NCBI GenBank assembly: GCA_011364925.1 | Contig: RDOA01000005.1 | Span: 1 to 64,000 of the forward strand | Direction: 5' to 3' | DNA length: 64,000 bases | From: Promethearchaeota archaeon | GTDB taxonomy: Archaea > Asgardarchaeota > Lokiarchaeia > Sigyniarchaeales > SOKP01 | In this document: one piece after another, positions 56,688 through 64,000 of the stretch | Layout: every line of letters starts with the position of its first letter | Position numbering within the stretch: position 1 is the first letter of the stretch | Made by a program: the position numbers and the translations under genes | Notes under the pieces: generated by a model | The model's input: only the letters and a program-made list of their open reading frames with translations | Told to the model about the DNA's origin: nothing | Databases searched by the model: none

Positions 56688-58616
56688 TTGATTATTGTGG
56701 TAAATAAGGAGCTACTTACTATACTGAAATCCATTGGAGAGAAAGCGAAAGGAGAAGCATTTACACTTAAGATGAATTCTCACGTTTTTTTTAACATTTT
56801 GGAATCTAATAACAATTCATTATTGGAATTTAAAGAAGAAATTAAAAAAGAATGGGAAAAGTTTAAAATTTTAAACCAGAATAGAATTATTAAGAAAACT
56901 TACTCTACATTTTTTTTCCAATATTTTCATAACTATTTCAAATATTACCTCCAAAATTTTTGTGGATTTGATACCAGCTCGTTAAAATTGATAATAAAAG
57001 AGAAAATATCTGACGACCAGTTATTTTTAGAGTATAGCTATACCCTATCTCCCGAAGAACAGGATTATTTTCGGGAATTCCGTGAGAATTTTGACGACGG
57101 TGCAGATGGAATAACTACTCCATTTGGTTATCTTTATCTCGTTGTAGCAATTTTGGGAGTAGTGTTAAGAAAGCTTCTGAAAGAAAAATTTTTTATAATT
57201 TTAGATGGAGCTGTATTAAAGAATGGTGAGAATAATAACACTTTAAAATTTCTAGTTGTTATAAAAAACAGTCACGATGAGCTCTTTGCTAACTATTATT
57301 ATATGTATTTAATATATTTTTTGAAATATTTTAAAGATATTCCAAAATCCTATTTTGATAAGCTTCTAAAAGGGAGAGAGAAAGTATATCAGATTGCGAT
57401 TGAAGAATATTCTTTTGCTAAAGATAAACTTGTTGATCTGTTGTATTACTTCTATAAAAAGTGTAATCTCCTTCAAAATTTCTCACCACTTCTAGATTTT
57501 TTAAATTTCGTGTGTAGCCGAGTCGAAGACTCTGTATTTCCTAAATTGGATATCATCAGAAAAGAGTTCTTACAAAACTTTGATTATTCTGAAGAAAAAA
57601 AAAATTCATTGCTTCGAATTTTTGATTTCATTGATAAGAAATCTACCCTATATAGTACATTTCAGGCGAACAACCTCCCAAGCCACAAAGCACAATTTAA
57701 CTTGTTTCTGTTGTATACAAAATACTTTTTTGGCGGTGGAAGCTTAGAGGCTTTGGAAGTTGGAGATTTTTTACTATTACCCGCGGATTTTAAAGAAGCG
57801 TTGAATGCAACCAATAATCAAATCGAAAATACAATTACTGCTACTACTATAAAAGACATTAGAGAATTTTTGGATAATTTTTCAATCGCATCGAATTTAG
57901 AGAATCCAAATCTAATTTTTAGAATTATTTTTGGGAAGGAAATTTCCCAGATTAATTACGACTTCTTTAAAGCTTTCTTACATAGTTTAAACACTAGCAT
58001 TCAGCGTTTAATAGATAAAGAAAATAAAATTTTAGAAGAAGACCCTAACAACGAGCCATTAACCTTTAAGTTAGTAGTTGATCATATTTGTAGGATGCTA
58101 TACACTTTAATAGATAAAATTTTTATAAGAAAACTTCCAGGACAAGCATCTAAAAACTTTATTGACCCTAGAAGCAGATATATTGGGAGAAATATAGCTT
58201 TGAGGGTATTGGAATTGTTCATTTTCAGCGACTTAAATGTCTCAGACGATGTGTGGCCTGATTACATAATAAGTATGAAAAAAGATGTTTTAACAAAAGA
58301 CTTAGAAAAATTCAATGTGAAAATTCCAGAAAATCTGTTCTATAACTACGAAGATATTGCAAGATTCGTCGTTACCTTTAATTTTCTCCCCAGTAATCAG
58401 CCTTTATTCGAAGAATGGGTAATCAATGGAATAATGATGCCGATAAACGAATTTATTTTAAAGATTCATAGTTTAATTAAAGATAAGGCTAAAGGTGTTG
58501 AAATTCACGAAATTCTCTATAATTACTTCATTAATAATATAGAAGGAATAAATAATCATCAAGAATTAGAATTTGTTTGTCAACAGCTCTCCGTTGTTTG
58601 GAACAATTCGAAGTAA
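56688..58616 (+). CDS. Hypothetical protein (helical, F/Y-rich)
   Basis: 642-aa ORF with no motif recognised. Confidence 0.7.
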   Translation: MIIVVNKELLTILKSIGEKAKGEAFTLKMNSHVFFNILESNNNSLLEFKEEIKKEWEKFKILNQNRIIKKTYSTFFFQYFHNYFKYYLQNFCGFDTSSLKLIIKEKISDDQLFLEYSYTLSPEEQDYFREFRENFDDGADGITTPFGYLYLVVAILGVVLRKLLKEKFFIILDGAVLKNGENNNTLKFLVVIKNSHDELFANYYYMYLIYFLKYFKDIPKSYFDKLLKGREKVYQIAIEEYSFAKDKLVDLLYYFYKKCNLLQNFSPLLDFLNFVCSRVEDSVFPKLDIIRKEFLQNFDYSEEKKNSLLRIFDFIDKKSTLYSTFQANNLPSHKAQFNLFLLYTKYFFGGGSLEALEVGDFLLLPADFKEALNATNNQIENTITATTIKDIREFLDNFSIASNLENPNLIFRIIFGKEISQINYDFFKAFLHSLNTSIQRLIDKENKILEEDPNNEPLTFKLVVDHICRMLYTLIDKIFIRKLPGQASKNFIDPRSRYIGRNIALRVLELFIFSDLNVSDDVWPDYIISMKKDVLTKDLEKFNVKIPENLFYNYEDIARFVVTFNFLPSNQPLFEEWVINGIMMPINEFILKIHSLIKDKAKGVEIHEILYNYFINNIEGINNHQELEFVCQQLSVVWNNSK

Positions 58617-58637
58617 ATCCAAAAAGTAAATATCAAT

Positions 58638-59141
58638 TCATGAGATTTCAAATATTTGGCAAAAATCTTCGAAATTATTCTCAACATCAAGTATTGGCGC
58701 CCTAATTTCTTTGATTTGATTAATGTTACTTGTTGTAATTAAACCAGAAATCATTTTAATATAATTATTGAATTGTTCATCTATTTGATTTAAATTTTCA
58801 ACACATAAGATTGTTGGGTAAGGTAAATTCCTAAAACTTTCAAAAAAAAGAATGTCTAATTTGAAAGGGCTCTTTTCTAACCATTTTATCAGATCTTCCA
58901 AATTAATTTCATCTTTAAGAAAAATTGCGCTCTCACCAGCTTTATTCTGTATAATTGAAAAAACTGCACCAGATTTAGAAAATCTATAAGAATCTTTTCC
59001 TTCTTCATCGATTTGGTGTTCGTGTATATATTTTATTACACCTACTTTTAAGTTCAGTTCAAATTTCAATTTACTTATAAGATTCTCAATAAGAATCGTC
59101 TTTCCTGAACCAGAATACCCAATCACATTAATTATTTTCAT
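58638..59141 (-). CDS. mobB: Molybdopterin-guanine dinucleotide biosynthesis protein B
   Basis: GYSGSGKT, IKYIHEH, GKDSYRF..SGA, ESF. Confidence 0.88.
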   Translation of the reverse strand: MKIINVIGYSGSGKTILIENLISKLKFELNLKVGVIKYIHEHQIDEEGKDSYRFSKSGAVFSIIQNKAGESAIFLKDEINLEDLIKWLEKSPFKLDILFFESFRNLPYPTILCVENLNQIDEQFNNYIKMISGLITTSNINQIKEIRAPILDVENNFEDFCQIFEIS

Positions 59142-59263
59142 TTAAAACTGCCAAATCTTAACTTTTTTAAAAAATCCTAGAGATTTAATATAAGTATTAA
59201 TATCTAAAAAGTGTTAAAAGAATTAACTTTCCATTGAGACAAACGAAATAGTTCCGTCTAATC

Positions 59264-61264
59264 ATGACCACGAAAAATGAAATAATTGTATTCGACGCCA
59301 ATTTCTTTATTTGCATGAATTCCATTCGAGCAAAAAACATACTGGAAAATTTAAAATCAGCTGCTTCAGATCTAGGTTTTGTATATTACACAAGTACCGT
59401 TGTCTTTGATGAAATTAAAGCCTCGAGTACGTATCGAGACAAGTTTCAAAACATTATAAAAGTTGAAAAAATAGAAGAATTAGAGATTGACTCAATTAAA
59501 AACGACCTAAGCACTGAAGGTATTCGTTTTCCTGCTCAAGATCCTGATTTATCCTTATTATCATTATCTCAGAAATTACTCGATGATGACAACAATCGTA
59601 TGATCAATTTAGTTTCAGACGATTTTAAACTTGTAAAAAATGCTAATATATTCTTCCATGGAAAAATAAATATTTTGTCTCTTTCGAGTTTTTTATTAAA
59701 AATCCATAGAACAATCCCAAATAAACAATTACGAAGCTATTTTAAAAATTTATGGAAAAAAAGTTTGAACTACACCTTAGCATATATGATAGAACGCTCT
59801 AAAATCTATCCTGCTGAAGAAAAGATCACATGGTTAATTGAAAAAGCAATAAGTGTTACCCAAGACTCAATTATTACCCAAGATGCGCGCTATGGTGATA
59901 ATCAAAAGGATCATGTTAAATTTGAGATTGGAAAAAGTAAATACGAGAATGAAATTACTATTTGTGAAAAATATATTGGAAATCAAAAACTTGCGAATAG
60001 TGAAGAAAAATACCTTACGGGAATAATCAATTTCCTTGAAAATTTAAAAATATCTCGCGAGTATGTAATACAAGCTCGCAAGGCGATTGAAAAACAGGAA
60101 TCAAAAGATGCGGTAAAATATTTAAAAAAGGGAAATGGATTCTTAATTTCGCTTTTGCAAATTGCTTCAGGGCAGTTATCCAATCCCAAGGATTATGAGA
60201 TTGTCGAACAATTAATCTGTAGCGAAATTTCAAAGATGGAGTTCTTAAGAGCCTTCATCTTAATTTCGTTAGGAAGGGTTAATAATGCTATTGATTCGTT
60301 AGAACGAGCAGCGCTTTTTTCTACGATAATTCATAATCATCAAACTTGTTTAACTTTAAATTATGTAAAAGCCTTAATCCTTTTGTTTCATGGGTTATAC
60401 AACAACGCGATTATGGCATATAACTTTACGGAAGAGCTAGCAGACATCTATAACGATGAACGCCTTAAACTCAAATGTGCTATAGGAAAAAGTATAGCGC
60501 TTTATATTCAAGGTGAGGATAGCGAAACAGCAATGGCAATAATGGAGGAGATTTCATTAATGGACATGGAGAAAAACTTCTTAGACGCGGTTATCGTATT
60601 TGGCGAGCTCGGGGATTATTTCTTAGCCTTAGGTCACTCCCAATTAGCAGCAAATTTGTATAATGAGGCGCTAGAAATAAGTATTGACTACAATCTCAAG
60701 ATCAGGAGCGATATTCTCATAGAAAAATTAAAACGTTCATACATCGCAACAGTTCTGAATGGGTATTCCACAGAGGATATTATGGTTGATAAATTGGATG
60801 TCTTGCTTAATAGGGCTTACGCAGTAAAGGAAATTGAGAAATATAATGAACAGATTAAGAAAATATCTAGCTTTAACATTTTATTTTATACACCCTTTCC
60901 CTATATCACTGGTAAAAAAAAATTAGTCCCATATATAAAACTTCCTAAAGAGCTACAAGAGGATTATTTAGAAGTTGTTCATTTCGAAAAAATTGGTGAC
61001 AAAGATGGCTCTAAATATCTTTTCGTAGTTTCTCACTATGAACTTGGATTACTTGGAATTATTCTAAAGACTGATGAGAGGGTAACTGGTATAGCAGAAA
61101 ATTATACTTTGAAATTAAAACCTACATCAAAAGTTAAAATCTACAATCCATCCGCAAATTTAAAAGATACCTACTTGGTTAGAGCGATCGTAGAGGTTGT
61201 ATCAAAAGATGAATGCGAAATTGTATATTCACTACCTTCTTTCTTTAAGGCGTTAAATATATAA
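59264..61264 (+). CDS. PIN-domain protein with TPR-like helical repeats
   Basis: VFDANFFI, DPDLSLL, VSDDFKL; ELGDYFLALGHSQLAANLYNEALEI repeats. Confidence 0.72.
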   Translation: MTTKNEIIVFDANFFICMNSIRAKNILENLKSAASDLGFVYYTSTVVFDEIKASSTYRDKFQNIIKVEKIEELEIDSIKNDLSTEGIRFPAQDPDLSLLSLSQKLLDDDNNRMINLVSDDFKLVKNANIFFHGKINILSLSSFLLKIHRTIPNKQLRSYFKNLWKKSLNYTLAYMIERSKIYPAEEKITWLIEKAISVTQDSIITQDARYGDNQKDHVKFEIGKSKYENEITICEKYIGNQKLANSEEKYLTGIINFLENLKISREYVIQARKAIEKQESKDAVKYLKKGNGFLISLLQIASGQLSNPKDYEIVEQLICSEISKMEFLRAFILISLGRVNNAIDSLERAALFSTIIHNHQTCLTLNYVKALILLFHGLYNNAIMAYNFTEELADIYNDERLKLKCAIGKSIALYIQGEDSETAMAIMEEISLMDMEKNFLDAVIVFGELGDYFLALGHSQLAANLYNEALEISIDYNLKIRSDILIEKLKRSYIATVLNGYSTEDIMVDKLDVLLNRAYAVKEIEKYNEQIKKISSFNILFYTPFPYITGKKKLVPYIKLPKELQEDYLEVVHFEKIGDKDGSKYLFVVSHYELGLLGIILKTDERVTGIAENYTLKLKPTSKVKIYNPSANLKDTYLVRAIVEVVSKDECEIVYSLPSFFKALNI

Positions 61265-61265
61265 C

Positions 61266-61538
61266 CTAATATTTTCTTAATTGTTTATCTCGTTGGCTAA
61301 CTTGATGACCGTGAATAGCACAACTTATGCAGTAATAATTCTTCTTACTGGGGGTCTGAATAATAGTCCCTTCTTTCTTGAGTTCTGTAAACATTCTCCC
61401 ATCGACTAATGAAACTCGTCTTGTGACAGCTTTTGCTTTACTACGAGGTACAAAACGCCCACACTTATAACATTGAACGCGATTATAATGACCCTTGCTT
61501 GAGCCACTTTTTCCGCCACTTCTTCTTTTTTTAGGAAT
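61266..61538 (-). CDS. rps26e: 30S ribosomal protein S26e, ATT start (not in ORF track)
   Basis: (M)PKKRRSGGKSGSSKGHYNRVQCYKCGRFVPRSKAK...YYCISCAIH...KY*, 90 aa. Confidence 0.95.
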   Translation of the reverse strand: MPKKRRSGGKSGSSKGHYNRVQCYKCGRFVPRSKAKAVTRRVSLVDGRMFTELKKEGTIIQTPSKKNYYCISCAIHGHQVSQRDKQLRKY

Positions 61539-61662
61539 AAAAATCAGCTTTTTTTTCTGTTTTCTACATCTTAGAATAAGACAAACCTTAAAAAATTTAT
61601 TCTTTCACTGTGAAAATTAGCATAAACGTACTCATTTTTAGCTTTATTTCACGAAGAAATGG

Positions 61663-62358
61663 TTAACTTTCATTGATCGCTTCGATTTTACTTAAAGCTT
61701 TAAAAGAATATACTAACCTTTGAATCACTGTCAAAATGAGTAAGCCTGTGAATACTATTGTGAAAATAGGAAAAAACAAAGTGAAAGGCGCTCCATACAA
61801 AAGATTAGAAATGAAATAGATCCAATACTCAATAATAAAGGCTAACCAAAGAACAATCATTCTTTCAGCTCTTTCCATAAAACCTACGCCTTTCATGTCA
61901 ATACCCTCGTTTTCAGCTCTCGCGCGAACATACGAAATCATAATGATTAAAAACATAATCGCAAATCCAATTAGATAATTGAAATAACCCCCTATTATTA
62001 ACCCTAAAACTAGTAAAGCATCAGATAGTCGATCTAGATTCGAATCTAAAAAAGCTCCTGATTTTGAAATATTTTCTGTCCTGCGAGCAACTTCTCCATC
62101 AAAAACATCAAAGGCTCCTGCCCAGAACATTGTAAATGGGACAATCCACGCTATTTGAAAAGGAAAATGCAACCCTCCGTACGCGAGTAGAACAGCTACT
62201 ACTACAGAACAAAAAAATCCGCAATAAGACAAGAAATTTGGTGTAAATCCATGTTTAATTAGTATTTTGACTGGATAATCAACAAATTTATTTAACAGTC
62301 TTCGCTGGTTATTCCGTTTTGCGTTAGCTTGTTCAGATTTGCTCAAATTTTCAGCCAA
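61663..62358 (-). CDS. CDP-alcohol phosphatidyltransferase (archaetidylinositol phosphate synthase-like)
   Basis: TPNFLS, DVFDGEVAR...GAFLDSNLDRLSD, SYVRARAE, ERAER. Confidence 0.9.
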   Translation of the reverse strand: MAENLSKSEQANAKRNNQRRLLNKFVDYPVKILIKHGFTPNFLSYCGFFCSVVVAVLLAYGGLHFPFQIAWIVPFTMFWAGAFDVFDGEVARRTENISKSGAFLDSNLDRLSDALLVLGLIIGGYFNYLIGFAIMFLIIMISYVRARAENEGIDMKGVGFMERAERMIVLWLAFIIEYWIYFISNLLYGAPFTLFFPIFTIVFTGLLILTVIQRLVYSFKALSKIEAINES

Positions 62359-62410
62359 TATTAGTTTTATCGATAATTAATTTTAAAAGTACTTTAAAAT
62401 AAAAAATTTT

Positions 62411-63007
62411 TCATACTAATAATTGCAGATTGATTTTGATTAAACGAATCGTGGAAGATGCTAAATATGAGCGATGTCCTAAGCTCAGATTTGTCAAATT
62501 CATCTTTTTCAATTCATTATCAATTAGAAAATCACCGCTTTGATCTCCAATGAGAAATAATAAATTATCTTTTGACTTCAATTTCCTAAACTCTTTTCTA
62601 TAATCATTACCAGATTCGTTTAACACATATATTTTATAATTTCGTTTAGTAAAATCCCTAATTGCATCAAAAATACTTTTCTCGGAGTATATTACTGATT
62701 CAAGTGTTTTAGGGTGGTTTTCTGTTTTGGTCTTATTCTTAATCAAGCCTACAAAAGAATCTGTCAGTAAAATTTCATTTTTCGGAAAAGTCTCATTATT
62801 TAGATAATTAGAATCAAAGATATATGTTCCATAATTATCAAGAAAAATCCAAATTTGAATATCTTTTTCAATTTCTTTTTCATTTAGAATAGCTGATAAG
62901 ACACATCTTGAAATAACATCAAGCCTTCCAGATGACCCCGGGATATCTTTGATATTATACTTACTGATGTTAACAGTTGCTGATTTTAAAAAATAGATAA
63001 TACTCAT
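62411..63007 (-). CDS. trmY: tRNA pseudouridine(54)-N1-methyltransferase (SPOUT)
   Basis: GSSGRLDVISRCV, FLIGDQSG, LSLGHRSYLAS. Confidence 0.8.
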   Translation of the reverse strand: MSIIYFLKSATVNISKYNIKDIPGSSGRLDVISRCVLSAILNEKEIEKDIQIWIFLDNYGTYIFDSNYLNNETFPKNEILLTDSFVGLIKNKTKTENHPKTLESVIYSEKSIFDAIRDFTKRNYKIYVLNESGNDYRKEFRKLKSKDNLLFLIGDQSGDFLIDNELKKMNLTNLSLGHRSYLASSTIRLIKINLQLLV

Positions 63008-63114
63008 TAACTTAAAGCCGATCTAATCGAAATATCTGGTCTATTATGATTAGGAATACCACATTTGGATATATTATTTACTTTTTCGACCTAAAAACAC
63101 TTCTGAAATTCCTT

Positions 63115-63417
63115 TTACTTTACCTTTCTCTTTTTAAAGCGAGCAATTAAATAAAAAGCACTCATCATGATTGTTATCGAAAGTACAATTCCGAGAATTC
63201 CAGCAATATAATCATTATTAAGCCAAGATAAAATAGGAATCCAAGGTGAAAATAGATTATCGAGCCAATCTTCACCATGATAATCAATTAAGACTCTTTC
63301 TAAACCATCAGGAGCATTAGAAAGAAATCCAATCCTAAATCCTACTGATATTACTAACATTAATGAAGTGATAACGATTAATATAACAATTAATGGCCAT
63401 TTATTCCTTTTTAATAT
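63115..63417 (-). CDS. PDGLE-domain (CbiN/NikN-like) ECF transporter component; probable ATA start
   Basis: SNAPDGLERV; frame extends upstream as (M)LKRNKWPLIVILIVITSLM to an in-frame TGA at 63450 with no canonical start. Confidence 0.82.
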   Translation of the reverse strand: MLKRNKWPLIVILIVITSLMLVISVGFRIGFLSNAPDGLERVLIDYHGEDWLDNLFSPWIPILSWLNNDYIAGILGIVLSITIMMSAFYLIARFKKRKVK

Positions 63418-63425
63418 GCTTATTA

Positions 63426-64000
63426 TTAGTTCACTCCCAATATTGATTCAGTTGTAATAAGATCAGGTTTGGCTTTATAAATATAGAATATAATTAACGC
63501 AGATATTATTCCTTCACCAATTCCAATTAAAAGATGCCAAAAAACCATAGCAGGTACAGCGATTGCTATTGGTACTTTACCACCAATCGCAATTTCAATG
63601 CCGCATATGAAGGAAGCTAATACAATTGCAATATAGGATCCTATCGCAGTTGCGATCGATACTTTTAATTCTTTTTTGAGGGATGTTTTATTTAAAGCTC
63701 TTACTAACAATGTAACCAAATAAAAACCTACGATTCCTCCGATTATTCCCATATTGAAAGCGTTCGCTCCTAGCGCAGTAATGCCACCATCTGCAAAAAG
63801 ACTTTGGATTACTAAAATTAGAAATAAAACTATGACTGATGCCCATGGACCAAGGATAACAGCTACTAGAGTGCCTCCTACCAAATGGCCGGATGTTCCT
63901 CCAGGTACAGGATAATTAACAAACTGAAAAGCAAAAATTATTGCAGCTAAAACTCCAATATATGGGATTAACTTTTCAGAATCCTCTTTTTCAAACATTT
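63426..64000 (-). CDS. cbiM: ECF cobalt/nickel transporter S component (5' end beyond window)
   Basis: FAFQFVNYPVPGGTSGHLVGG, ADGGITALGAN, HLLIGIGEG. Confidence 0.92.
   Translation of the reverse strand, partial: MFEKEDSEKLIPYIGVLAAIIFAFQFVNYPVPGGTSGHLVGGTLVAVILGPWASVIVLFLILVIQSLFADGGITALGANAFNMGIIGGIVGFYLVTLLVRALNKTSLKKELKVSIATAIGSYIAIVLASFICGIEIAIGGKVPIAIAVPAMVFWHLLIGIGEGIISALIIFYIYKAKPDLITTESILGVN

Noticed and set aside
1-64000. CRISPR arrays, tRNA/rRNA genes, transposases, integrases
   Set aside because: No periodic repeat-spacer pattern, cloverleaf, GC-rich RNA block or recombinase motif was seen by eye

Overview
This is a low-GC, gene-dense archaeal window, most likely Asgard (Lokiarchaeia-like). 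That call rests on eS26, TrmY, CdhE, an archaetidylinositol-phosphate-synthase-like gene, longin/roadblock and folliculin-type longin-GTPase proteins, and SNAP/TPR repeats. Layout: ion pumps and a glucan phosphorylase (0-9 kb); eukaryotic-signature proteins (9-14 kb); a large redox, oxygen-defence and sulfur-relay region (11.7-33 kb) with FTR/Grx, rubredoxins, desulfoferrodoxin, rubrerythrin, a persulfide reductase and TusA-IscS-IscU; corrinoid genes, an ABC exporter, RNase Z and a SAMP-like protein (33-45 kb); an accessory block (45-55 kb); and housekeeping genes (55-64 kb). I saw no rRNA, tRNA, CRISPR array or transposase. The main observations are: (1) a folliculin/SMCR8-like longin domain with the ARG arginine-finger motif fused in cis to a G3-less small GTPase; (2) at least five genes whose N-termini have no in-frame ATG/GTG/TTG and appear to start at ATT/ATA/ATC; (3) an IscU fused to a degenerate thioredoxin-reductase NADPH domain; (4) promoter-hairpin-U-tract small RNA or leader candidates, two of them upstream of corrinoid-protein genes and sharing a 15-nt motif; and (5) several small genes missing from the ORF track. 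All family calls are from motif recognition by eye; no searches were run.
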